Below, one piece after another: positions 11,722 through 23,997 of a stretch of 64,000 nt of DNA. The notes beneath the pieces are model-generated. The model was not told where the DNA came from. It did not search any database and worked only from the letters and a program-made list of their open reading frames with translations. Each line of letters begins with the position of its first letter. Positions within the stretch are counted from its first letter, which is position 1. The stretch is from Xylographa opegraphella (lineage: Eukaryota), in contig JALDZX010000001.1 in NCBI GenBank assembly GCA_022813865.1, positions 248,001 to 312,000 of the forward strand. The letters run 5' to 3'. Position numbers and translations under genes: made by a program.

Positions 11722-14193
11722 TTATGCGTATCGTACACTCGGCCGTGCTCCGTAACCGTAGCTCGAGAAATGTGGTGGGACAGGTGGCGGTGCGGATTCC
11801 CATTGAGCTGGGAGGCCTCCCCAGCCGCTCGTATGTTGTGGCCATTGTTGCTGCATGGGAGGACTAAGTGCCTTGCCTCGCCGTCTTGGAGCCCGTCGAC
11901 CACCACCACGGCAACGGCGGACACAACAGCCAAGGATGAGAATCAGGAGAAGACCCCCGACACCACAAGCTATGCCGATAACAAGTGGTTTGTTGTCGGT
12001 AATCCAGGATCCAACCTCTTGGATGACAGATGAGCCAGTACACTGACCCTGAAAAAATGTCAACGAATATTTCCCTGTAAGAACAATGTACAACTTACAT
12101 TTGTGCAAGATCCCCCTCCACCACAAGTGGTTCCATCCAAGAAGTTCTGTTGCATACTGTAGCACTCACCAGGACCGAAAGAAGGGGAGGCACAGGTCAG
12201 CGTACAGTCTTGGCTGTTACAAGCATAAGTATCGTTGTTGGTCGTATAGGATCCCATTAATGTTTTGCACTGCTGATCTCGAGATGTGCATTGACCACTG
12301 GCGCACGAGAGACCGTTTCCACAAGACTGGCCATTTGGAGCGACTTGATCCGTAGGACATGTGGCATTAGTTCCTGAGCAGACCTCTTGAGGGTTACAGA
12401 CACCAGTACTGGCTCTGCAAACGGTGCCTTTCGCTGCGAACTGACAGTCCATGCAACACTCGTCATTGGATGGATCACAAACAGCATTGTTGGTGAACTT
12501 GCAGGTCGTCGGGTTGCAACAAGGGTTATCACCACATCCTCCAACTCCACCACAGTCACACTCTTCTCCTGCTTCGACAATACCGTTGCCGCATTGTTGC
12601 CCAGAAATGGTGGTCACGCCCTTGTTATCAGATAGACAGGTCGAATTAACGCTATTGCGGAGCATAGCTGAGCAAATATTGCCTACTGTGCAAGGGCTGA
12701 AGTTGGTGATGTCGTTGCCGGTAGACGGGTTCATGATAAATTGAGCACCAGCGTCGCAAGTTGATGAGCTGCGAGGACAGCACTGCTGAGCATTCTCTGA
12801 CGTGCCGTCACTGCAGGTCTGCGAATCGCAGTCGTGTACAGCGCCAAAAGTATGGCCAGACTCGTGTGCTATGACCTGCCATTCGGTCAAGGTTTTCGCA
12901 ACAACGTTCGCACCGCTTACGGTCTCGCCAGAACCAGAAACAACATTGCCAACACAAAGCATGCCAAGCCATGCCAAACCGACTTCAGCCCCGGTAGGAC
13001 AATTCGTCAGAAGAGTCCAAAATGCATTGGAGTCTTTCTGCTGTGCTCGCCATGCTGAGAAACTGTTCAGCCTATCCGTGATGGTGGTATTTCCGCCGCA
13101 TCCAACATTCCAAGGGGTGGCCGGCGAAGGAGAGCCAGGACACTCCGCATTATTGACATTCAGACTCTGAAGACCAAGAGTGATATTGAAGGTTTTCTCG
13201 TACACCGCCGACGCCGAGTTGATCTGGTTGATCACGTTTGCGCGAGCAGTCTCTGACGAGTTGAAGGATGCAGTGTAGCTACAGTCAGTCGCAACTCCAA
13301 TGAGGGCGACTTTTCGAGTACTAGGACATCCGTTGGTGCTGCCGATAGACGACGCCAGGTTAACGCTTCCAGAGTTTCCACCGCTGGGGACTGTATCAAT
13401 CTGTCGTTTCCCAAACAGCGAACGAAGAGACGTGGAACCCCATGATCCAACACTTCTGGAAACCATGCTCTTGTGTATAGGATGGTTGCTATTGGTATTG
13501 AACTTAAGTTTGTCATGTCCGCAAGTAAGAGCAGCTTCTTCATTGCGCTTCAATCCGGTGTGCTGCGGAAGACCGATGTCCGAGTCTCGAAATATGACCA
13601 TGTACTCATCATCCGTAGGCTCGAGATGAGGATCCAACTCCTGTTTCGTCTGCATGTAATGGGAGCGGAGGAGAACGTGGTGAGAGTCGTGGGAGACAGT
13701 AAAAGTTCCTTCGAACAGCGGGTCGTCGCCATCTTTCAGCACCGATATCCTTGCCCATCCAAGATTACTCCAGCTTCCATCTTGCTCTTGAACCCAGGTA
13801 TCCCCCTTGAAGATCTTATGCGCATTCCGATCTATGGATTCTGTTCGGACAATCTTGCCGTCCGAGTCCAGGTAGTTCACAGTGGCACCCTCAGCAAGAA
13901 CGCCATGACTCGGTTCTAGTGTCAATTTTATTCGCTGCTTCCTCCGATGTAGGTTGAACGATAGGTCAAAATTCGAAGAGGCATGTACACGATGTGATGG
14001 AGTTTCTATTGCAGGATTCTCTACAAGAGATAGATAATCGAGGGGACCACGGGCCTTGGAATGCGCTATAATCCAGAATTAGCAGCTGGCCCGTTGCGAC
14101 CTCTGTTGTCAATTTCGGGGTTTTACCGTTCGTAGGGTCATAAATTGAAGTCAGGGCGCTGACGACTGAAACAAGCCGCCATGATAATCTCAT
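11722..14193 (-). CDS. ADAM-family (reprolysin M12B) disintegrin metalloprotease
   Basis: Signal peptide, prodomain, HESGHTFGAVHD zinc motif, Met-turn FIMNP, CGNGIVEAGEECDCG disintegrin start, Cys-rich domain, TM helix and Pro-rich tail. Two introns (about 14068-14126 and 12049-12098). Confidence 0.95.
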
Positions 14194-15418
14194 AACGATA
14201 AACAAGAAGCACCTGGTAGTCAACGCCCTCCGGTGTGGGTCGAGTAACAACGAACGATCTCCCGCGCTTGGAAAAGAAGATAATAACACACAATATCAAT
14301 AAGGATGCAGTGTAGCGATGATTTAGGACTGTTGAACGAGTGCGTGGATTGTTGCTTAGAAATGGCGATCCAGTAAGAGCAAATAATACGAGGGACGAGG
14401 AGGGGGGGGGGTGGTCTTGTATCGATAGGATGTGGTGAGAGCCACTCGGTAAAGTGCGCCCAGCAACTCCAGTTAAACGGCCGAGGCCTGAAGTGCTGCT
14501 TGAGTCTTGGGACGCCGCGCGTAAGGCCGGCAAACCCCAAACCAAAGCCTCTTGGAGGCCCGTCTTACCACTTTGGCGCAAGGCTCGGTGGCTAGGGAGA
14601 CCAACGAATTATTGGGGGAAGGAATAATGGAGGAAGGGAGCGCAGCAAGATCGGCCTGCCGTGGCCGCAATTCCGAGAAGATCTTTCGAAGATCTTGAGC
14701 TTCAATCCGAACGGTGCTTGGAGGGGGAGGAAGAGATCATCAAGTAAAATGGAAGTTCGTGTTGCAGGATCCGGACGAGCATGATCAACGGTGGTACAGG
14801 AGCACTTCGACGAGGACTCGATCAATGCTGAGGGGGGGACTTTTGTTGGAAGGGAGGTCATGCAATCCGATACGCTGCATGGATGCGCCTGGTCGCTGGC
14901 TACCTTAGGTGACGGCCAGAGGCGACCGGATCTCACACGAGGCTCTGCTTTGACGCTGCTCCAATTGAACCTACTCTGCGTGCCACTTGCATTTCACTGT
15001 CAGAAGAGCCCTGGCACATCCTTCATCCGCCGTTTCAGCCCCCCCGGGACTGCCCACTTCACACGAACATCCGACTGTCTTCATGCCTTCGGTGTCCCGG
15101 TACAACGCTTGAGAAACATCCTAATAATAAAACAAATGCCCTCTCGCTACCTTTGTACTTGGTGACGGAGCAAACACTGATGTGCTCGGCTTCCTCCGTC
15201 GACTTCCTCTGATGACTATGCTGCAGTTTTCAAAAAATAGTGGCGATTCATTTGTGATTCATTTGTGATTCAAGTGTGTGAAGATATTTTGCATCTAAAT
15301 CAACAATAGATTTTTCAATAGTATTAACAAGATGAATATTGCGGTGGCGCCGTTCAATCGTACTCCCCAAAACATTCAGACATATGACAAGCCCACCAAG
15401 TACTACTCCAAGAGCCGC

Positions 15419-17694
15419 CTACTTCGTCCGTGATGCTTTGACTGTCTCGATGATCTTTTCAACCACACTAGGGTCCGCCAGCTACATCCTGGTGTCAGCC
15501 ATTCCCATGATTATTACAAGAACGCAATATACGTACCGTTGAGATATCTCCCAATGAATCCTCCTCGCCGGACAGGATCTTACGGAGGATACGCCTCATG
15601 ATCTTGCCAGATCGAGTCTTGGGCAAATCATCGACGACGAAGATGGCTTTGGGTGCGGCGAACGGTCCTATGGATTTTCGCACTTGCATGATGAGATCTT
15701 TCCGGACCTGGTCATTCGATTCGTTTCCATCTTTCAGTGCGACGAAAGCATTGACCGCCTGTCCGGTAAGCTCATCGTTGACACCTACGACCGCGGCCTC
15801 GGCCACCTGGTCTACAGATAATCAGTCAACCAAAGCCACTGCGGGAAGACTCTTGACGTACGATGCTCGATCAGAGCTGCTTCAATCTCAGCCGTGGAGA
15901 GGCGATGTCCGGAAACGTTGACGACGTCATCGACACGGCCACGAATCCAGTAGTAGCCCTCGTGGTCGCGTCCAGCGCCATCGCCAGTGAACTATTGGGG
16001 TCAGTGACATCGGTCGAGACGAACACCACAAGCCGGGGAAGCACATACATAGTACCCAGGGTATACGTTGAGGTATGTATCCATATATCGCTTGTGAGCA
16101 CCCCATACCGTCCGAGCCATGCTTGGCCAAGGTTTCTTAATGGCCAAAACACCTTCCACATCATTTCCATGGATCTCCTCGCCGGATACGGGGTCGATGA
16201 TGGCAGGCTCGATACCGAAGAATGGTAATGATGCACTTCCGGGCTTCGTGGGAGTTATGCCGCCGAGAGGTGTGATGACATGAGATCCAGTCTCCGTTTG
16301 CCAGTATGTCTCTCAAAATGTCAGTTGCGTTGCTCTGGTTGCAGTTGAAAGTTTTGGCTTACATCCACTATGTGTGCTTCTTCCTTTCCTACAATCTCAA
16401 AATACCATTTCCACACCTCAGCAGCAATTGGCTCTCCTACCGAACCCAGCACGCGAAGATGCTTCATAGGGTGCTTCGCATGTGAATCGCCTGCCCGCTT
16501 GAGAAGACGCAATGCTGTTGGTGCTACATAGAATTGTGTGACTTCGTGTTTGTCGACAACTTCCCAATAGCGCGAGAAGTTGGGGTATGCTGGAGTGCCT
16601 TCGAAGACAACCGTCGCAACTCCTAACAACAGCGGTGCATAGACGACATAGGTATGGCCGGTAATCCAGCCCACGTCTCCACCACAGAAGAACTTATCGC
16701 TATCGTGAATATCGAAAACATACTTTCCGGTCGCGGCCGCACCGAGGAGGTAGCCACCCGTTGTGTGCATTACGCCCTTTGGCTTCCCTGTCGATCCACT
16801 GGTGTATAGCAAGAACAAGGGATCTTCCGAGTTCATAGACTCTGGTGCGATGTAGCTTGGATATTTCTCGAGCTCCTCATGCCACCATAGATCTCTTCCC
16901 TTGGTCATTGGAACCTCTGTGCCCGTGCGCTTGAAGACCAAGCAGTGAGTGACATCCGGGCACTGCTTCAAGGCATCGTCAACGATTTTCTTCGTTCCGA
17001 TGACCTTGCCTCCTCTTTTACCCTCATCACTTGTGATCACCACGGTCGATTGTGCGTCAATAACACGATCACGTAACGAGTCCGAAGAAAATCCAGCGAA
17101 GACGACGGAATGCACAGCGCCGATACGGGTGCATGCCAGAAACGCGACAACGGCCTCCGGAATCATGGGCAAGTATATGGCGACGGAGTCTCCTTTCTTG
17201 ACACCCATCTGCTTGAGGACGTAAGAAAGCTTACAGACCTGCCGTAGTAGCTCGCCATACGTAATGGTGCGGCCCTCGCCAGGTTCGTCCGCTTCATAGA
17301 TGATGGCTGGCTTATCGGGGTTCTTGATCGCGTGGCGATCGACACAGTTATAGGAGGCATTGAGACGCCCCTCGAGAAACCAGGCGTTGTCCCCATGTTC
17401 GAACGTTCCGGAGTGTACGGTCTGGAAATCTCTTTCCCAGGTCAGAAGCTCTCGAGCCAAGTTGCCCCAGAATTTGTCTGGCTCCTCGATACTCTGCTTG
17501 TACATCTGCTTGTACTCGTCCAGGCCGCTAAGATGGGGCTTCGAAGGGTGCTTGTCGTGCATCGCCTTGGGGACGTTGAATGTGTCTGGAAGCCGTCAGT
17601 TGTAGTACAGGATGGCGCTATTGCCGTACTCACCAACATTGTGGGCCTCCACCACTACGGGGCCTTTCGGAGGTGCGACATCTCCTTCCGACAT
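15419..17694 (-). CDS. facA: Acetyl-CoA synthetase (FacA/Acs)
   Basis: [14 protein letters not shown]-binding motif, TYWQTETG, and [11 protein letters not shown] containing the acetylation-site Lys. Six exons traced. Confidence 0.97.
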
Positions 17695-17799
17695 CTTGAC
17701 AGTTGCCTAGTAATACTATCCACAAGGTGATGTTCAGTGTTTTTGTAGAATACAGGAGGGCAAGCAGCACGGATTTCGACTGCTGTTCTTGTTTACAAT

Positions 17800-18112
17800 G
17801 TGGGGCTGTGGATTCGCAAAGAATGCGGTAGGTACAAGAAGTAAAGGATCGGAGCAAGGCTCAAGCTGGAAATAAATGCCAATGAATCTCTTGATACACT
17901 AAGCCAGCCTCCGTCGTACGTGTAAAGCGTGTGCAAGGGACCAATGGATCTTTTACATGCCACCCGCAGGTCTGGAGTGGACGAAATCGCTCCGTTGCAG
18001 CTTCGAGACCCGAGAGGCGGGGTGAGTGTGGGGTTGGCACGCGATGTCGGGCAGAAGGGAGAGCACGAGACGAATCATCCTCCGCGGATAAAATAGTCCG
18101 CTGCGCCCCCAC
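17800..18112. promoter_or_regulatory. Cluster of CreA/Cre1-type SYGGRG sites upstream of acetyl-CoA synthetase
   Basis: GTGGGG 17800, CTGGAG 17972, GCGGGG 18017, GTGGGG 18028, CTCCGC 18080 and CCCCAC 18107. facA orthologues are known to be carbon-catabolite repressed. The motif is short, so some hits may be chance. Confidence 0.5.
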
Positions 18113-18347
18113 CAGTGCTTCGAATATATCAAGATTGCTTGGAAATGATTGACAGCCATCGCATTTCTGGATATTGGATGGCGACTCTCCATCCTCTCAC
18201 CGCACAGCGGCTTCTGCTCGGATGGAGCAAGAGCGTCTACCAATTCCGATCCTCGAATCTTGCACCTTTGATTGTTGTTTCAGCAAGGTATATTCCGCTA
18301 ATGTAATTGCCAAACAGTCTATGATGGAAATGCAACGTCCACTACTT

Positions 18348-20070
18348 TCAAGCAACTTTGCGCCCTTTGATCCAGACGTCCTTCACATGCCCTTGCGCGT
18401 CAAGCATCACGAGGTCAGCCCTGCGCCCAGGTGCCAGGACACCTCTGTCGTATAACCCCATGAGATTGGCGATATTCTAGATTGATCAGTCAATGCACCG
18501 AAGACTCTACGGGATAGAAAGATGAACAGACCTCAGTAGCACACCGGATCGCTTCGGCGAGGCTGCATCCGCTAAAGCTTGCAAGATTACGGACACACTC
18601 GTCCAAGCCGATGCAGCTGCCGATGAGGGTGTCCGTACCCTCGATCGTGACCCTGTTGCCAACCTTTCTCTGCATATGAGGCACTTGTGCATGTCCAGGA
18701 TACACACCGTCCGGCTTTCCAGCCATCTCGACCGAGTCTGTAATGAGAATACATCTCTCTGGGTTCGCTCGATAGGCCATGGCGACGATCGCTGGATGTA
18801 AGTGGATTCCATCAGCTATAATCGAATAGTAGGGCTTATGAGGAGATGAAATAAGGCCTGCAAGACCTGGATTGCGGTGATTGAGAGGTTCCATGGCATT
18901 GAAGACGTGTGTTATGGTACTGGCACCTGTCTCGAGTGCTTTGATACCTGTGTCGTAGTCTGCCTGAGAATGACCCTAGGAAACCAACGGAGTCAGCAAG
19001 ATCTGCGTGTATGAGATTGGAGTGGAATGATAATGCGCGTGAATCGATAGCTATCCACTTTCCTGATCCTATCTCGAGCCGTGGAATGACTTCAGACACA
19101 TCACAGAACTCACATTCCCCACAGATGAAAGAAAAGATGAGTCCGATAGCACGTACCATTGATACAACCATGCGAAGATTTTGACGAAGTGAACTTATGA
19201 GCTTGGAGGAACCAGCCAACTCTGGTGCAACCGTAACCATCTTGATACAAGATCTGAGGTTTTCTGCACCATAGATGTCGTTTATGTCAGTAGATTCTGG
19301 TACTTGCATCAATGCAGCATCTGTGATAATTAGTGGAGGTTGCTAATCTTGCCCCTGAAAACATACCATGGGCTCCTTTCTTGGCAGGATTCAACCATGG
19401 CCCCTCACAATGGGCTCCCAGTAATTCGGCGCCATTGACAAACGATTGGGGTTTCAACGATGGTAAGACCTGTAGTGAACAGTTAGATTGTTTGACTGAA
19501 ACCGAATCTAAATCAATATATATTCTTTTCGATGCAGTAAAAGAATGAGATATGTCAACGGGCTGCAAACTTTCGCATTGAAGCACCGTCGGCGTTTTCC
19601 TTCAACGGCGCTGGTGGTGAATGCCACAAGCCATACACGACAAGAGACAAGGTGAGACGGTCACAGTCCGAACATTGGGCACCCCATAGTCCCGATGGGT
19701 AGTGTAAGCAAGATAGAATGAAGTACTCAAGACAACGTACCTTTTTGAAAACTTTGGGACTGACGGTGGGAATGGTAGCCCAGAAAGATCCTACGCCAGT
19801 TGAGACGAGGTACCTGGAGACGGCTTTCAGCTGCGCCTGGTAGGATTCAGGGGTCTCGAAGTTCGTGAAATGGAAGCCTGCGCAGCCATTGGTCTGGAGC
19901 TCCAGGAAGGCGGGAGCTATGATCTGCCCGTGTAGGTTGTAGATCTCGTAAGCTTTGACTTCTCGGCCATCGACGATGCAGCCCTTCTTGACATCCACGT
20001 AGAGGGATCGTTTGTGAAGCTTCCCGCCAAGGCAGATATAGCCTTCGACGAAGGCCACGATGTTGGACAT
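18348..20070 (-). CDS. DAC1: N-acetylglucosamine-6-phosphate deacetylase (CE9, NagA/Dac1)
   Basis: Five exons. Motifs PAFLELQTNG, GAHCEGPW, VAPE, MGHS, THVFNAM, IIADGIH and LITDS, with C-terminal RGVLAPGRRADLV. Confidence 0.93.
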
Positions 20071-20567
20071 CCTAAGTCGACTGAGTAAAATGTATAGTCA
20101 CTGCACATGTGCCCGAAGGCTCGAGTTTTATAGATTCTTACGCAGCAGCGGTGTCCACACCGCAGAGGTCCATCGTTGTGCCGTATTATGACCAGTACGT
20201 GCCTGGCAGCTTCCTCCGGCGTCAATATATACAAATTTGCCTGTCGTACTGACGAGGTTGAGGCTGCGGAGTTCGGAGACGAAACAATCTGCCTTAGTTC
20301 CTTGGCCATGGAGGTCATGAACCGGGAATGACTCTGGTCCAGAGCGCCACCGTTCTATACAGAACGGTCAAGGCTCAAGTCGATCTATGAAGATTGCCAT
20401 CTCCATGAGAGAAAGATCGGCTAACAATCCCTGTTTCCTCAGCAGTTATCGGTGTAGGCCTGAAAGGGCTAGTGTAGCTTACCGCGCGGTGGTAAGCTTT
20501 CTCAAGTGCATCGGGTTAGGATAGTTGCGGCGTTGCTGGTAAAAAGATTACTAAATCCCGGAGGGAT

Positions 20568-20602
20568 TACTTAACTTAACTAACTTAACTTAATTTAGTT
20601 AA
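20568..20602. repeat. Degenerate (TTAAC)n microsatellite in an AT-rich patch
   Basis: TACTTAACTTAACTAACTTAACTTAATTTAGTTAA. Confidence 0.7.
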
Positions 20603-22456
20603 GACTTTGACAGATTACTAAGTAGCACTGCTAGTAAGGCCACTCCAGATCAGAGCTCTTCCATGACCCAAGTTGCCGTATAGACTGATCGATCATCCCG
20701 AGGTTTCATGGCAATGGCCATTGAGTACATTCAAACGAAGTGTGCGATAACGCATTCATCATCAACAAGACCATTTGTGTCACTTTGTACTGTATCTGCT
20801 CGACAACCTACACTGGAGATTTATTCCATACTCAGCGATTATCACTGGAAGCATTGCACTACACGTTCCCGTATCAGCAATTGTAGACTGACCTCACGGT
20901 CGTGAATACACTTCTGGTCAAATCGCCGTAACCAAGACTCGACAATCGAGCAGGTCTCTCATGCCAATGCCGAATCGGATTCGTGTTACTACAGACTGTA
21001 GTGCCAAAATACTCACCTGTGGCTTGGTGAAGTTCAGTCCTGCCCGAATAAGAACCTTGGCAAGCTAGTGTGATACGCTGCACTAGCCATAACAGGCAGA
21101 CTTTACGGAGCTAAGCTCGAAATAGCTCACGCTAGGCGCCAAGCCATAACGACTTTGCGATGTGTACCGAGCGGAGTGCGGCGTAATGATCAATCAAATC
21201 ATCAGCACGAAGCGAATCGAGCTGATTTGTGGTCATGTTTGGGGACAGAGTATAGCCACGCATCTATGTGCTGCATTCCCTAGACAGACTCCGGGAGTTA
21301 TGATTACGGAGCTACTGCACTACAAAAGCGGCAACATAAAGCGCACCTGTTGGACATCACCGAAGAAGCCTGCTTTATCTCAATCAGACAGTCCTGTCCA
21401 ATTGCATTGTTGTAAATGGTCTTGAACATCCGGAGTACTGTCACAGAAGTGGTAAACATCTCCGGAGAAGTCTCGAGGCAAGAAACGTGTGGTCTGCCAA
21501 TTGACGGAACGCTTTCAATTGCAGACATAAGTCGCCATTCATGATGTACCGTCATCAGAAGCGGTGATCATGCTGGATGATTCTGCTCGGGCTAATCCAA
21601 GAGCTTATGGCCCGGGGATCCATACGACTGGACAGAAGAGCACGAAGTGAAGGAGTATAGAGATTTCGGCTTACAGTATCGAATGCACAGCGTCAGCAGA
21701 GTCATCGCAGTATGTTCTGGCTTCTGACGCGTCAGGGGCAGGAATGCTCTCCCAAGATCCCAAGCATCGGCGAGCCATCCTCGCTCGGCCTTTCATGACA
21801 GTAGCTCTGAGGCGTACAGCCGTCGGATGCTCATGTCTACCTTGCGATCCGACAGCAGCTTGACATGCACTATGGTGTGAAGAGCAAAGTGTACAAAAAG
21901 CAGCGTTTGATCTCTCTGTTGCCCGTACCTACATTCCCAGCTTGTGTATCTATCTACTCCGCGCTCGCCCTCGACCGCAATCCCGATATCCACCACCGTG
22001 CAACCCCGTTAACTTCTCTCGCAGACACTTCCCCAGCAGCAAAATTCACAAGTTCCATTACCCTCCCTTCGGCCCCATCTCCTCCATTACGAGCTCCGTC
22101 CCCCATTCCCCTCTCTCACTTCCCCCCTTCCTCTCACAACCACCACCCTCATCACGAACCACGCACCCCCCGCAACTCACCGCATAGGTCGATTCTACGG
22201 CCCGTGCGCAATACGCCCCACTTCACATATCCCGCTTCGCGCAGTCCGTTCCCATCGTGGAGGCAAGTCATATATAAGATCGCAGAAACCCATATACATA
22301 TACAAGAACGATACCTGCGTAAAAGCCGTTTCAGAAGCGCGCTTTGTGCGACGCGTGGGTTGAGAGCCGGTGCCGGTGGATAAGAGATGAGAGAGAGAGG
22401 TTGGAAAACGGAGGGAGGAGGTGAGAGGGGGAAAGGGATGTGTGCGGGTCGTATAT

Positions 22457-22675
22457 TGGAGGGGGGGTGGTGCTTTGGAGGGGGGGGTGGTGCTTTGGAG
22501 GGGGGGGTGGTGATTGAGATGGAGGATAATGCTTGCATCAAATGGTAGTGCTTTGCAATGAAGGATAGTGATTCCGATGAAGGATAGTGATCCCGATGAA
22601 GGATGGTGATTCTGATGAAGGATAGTGCTTTGCAATGAAGGATAGTGATTCTGATGAAGGAGAATGCTTGCAATG
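22457..22675 (+). repeat. Compound ~19-20 nt minisatellite
   Basis: About three copies of (T)GGAGGGGGGGTGGTGCTT, then about six copies of TGAAGGATAGTG(ATTCYGA/CTTTGCAA). Confidence 0.85.
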
Positions 22676-23022
22676 ATATGTGCAGAAGATATTGCATAGA
22701 CAGATTATTTCCCGCTCAAAAACCGAACGTGTGAATTGAAAGACCGATCTGAAGAGTAGAGTGCCAGACACTTGCAAAAACCGTGACGAACGAAAAGCAG
22801 CCGAAGCGAGCTTTAAAGACGACCGTCATGGCAAATATATAAAATAAAGGGGGAAGAGCCGGGATTTACCAAGCTTGGCTTCCAATGCCCATCCATCAAG
22901 AAACGCCATGCTAACCTCCCCATCCATGATGCCCCCACCAGATGCTGGCAATCTATGCTCACCCAAAACGCCAATCCATCACGCTTCTTTTTACCTCTAC
23001 ATATTCTTACTGTAGTAGTCTT

Positions 23023-23997
23023 TCACAGACCAGCGCCCCTGACCAACCAGCGTTCCCACCACCCTCGTACGCCGCGCACCGCCGCACGCCCATCGTTATC
23101 GAGTCGATTTGCCCCCTGAGGGTCGCCCAGGATGGCGGAGTAGAACCAGAAGACAGCGGCGACCCATGACGCCCCGGCAATGCCCACTGCATATATGGGA
23201 GAAAAGATACTGACAAGGATGAGCATGGGAGTGTGAGTCGATGAGCTCGTCGAATGGTTCGAGTGTATCAAGCGCAGCTGCCAGCGGATCTGTGGATGGA
23301 GAGCCTCGGATAGCTGCTGGTCGAGCGGCTTTCGAGATGTGCAGTAACGAAGAGGATAGACGACAGAAAGTACGGCCAGCGAGGCAAGGGCGTAGACGCT
23401 CAAGACGACAGTCAGGAATGGTGAAATGATGGACAGATGAAGCTATTCGGATATTGGGTCAGCTCGATGATTACCGTAGCACGCAAGAATACTGACTAGT
23501 ATCCGCTTCAGATGCTGGTCTATATCCCGTTCCCTCTCTGTTGCACCACCATTCGTGCTCATTTGTGGATATCCTCGTGGTTGCCCATGCCCTTGCTCTG
23601 AATAAATACCATATTCCTGGCCCGCTTGTTTCTCAACATCCGAAATATTGTAGTAGTCTGTGCTATGGCTCTTTGGGTTCCCGCCACCGTAGCTATCTGC
23701 AGATCCGCCTCCACCTCCATTGTACTGCCGCCGATCCGAGTCATTCTTGGGAAGCGGAACAGATGACGTCGTCGGTATCGATAACCGTGGAAGGCGCTTC
23801 TCATTTTCGCTGCGTAGGGTTTCAGTAGGCCCCAGCCTGTGTCTTCTCTCGGGGTGCCGTTGGTGGCCAAGCACAGCCACAGGCTCAGGCCGTGCAGGCA
23901 GGTGAGCAGAGGAATCGCTTGGGGATACGGAAGCGGTCTGGTGCTTATGGCGCTGGGTGGCTTCCGGCTGAGGCAGCAGCGAGGCTGCAGAATACAT
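23023..23997 (-). CDS. Uncharacterised fungal membrane protein (disordered N-terminus, several TM segments)
   Basis: Exon 23997-23497, GTCAGT...AG intron about 23443-23496, then an in-frame hydrophobic exon ending ...AAVFWFYSAILGDP...DGRAAVRGVRGWWERWL, a pattern typical of conserved Pezizomycotina hypothetical proteins. Confidence 0.75.

Noticed and set aside
22457..22675. CRISPR-like appearance of regular ~19-nt repeats (also 62561-62720)
   Set aside because: The units are contiguous with no unique spacers, the context is eukaryotic and there are no cas genes.
21865..22697. ORFs of 146-181 aa on both strands
   Set aside because: Driven by low-complexity C/G tracts and the minisatellite; no splice or motif support.
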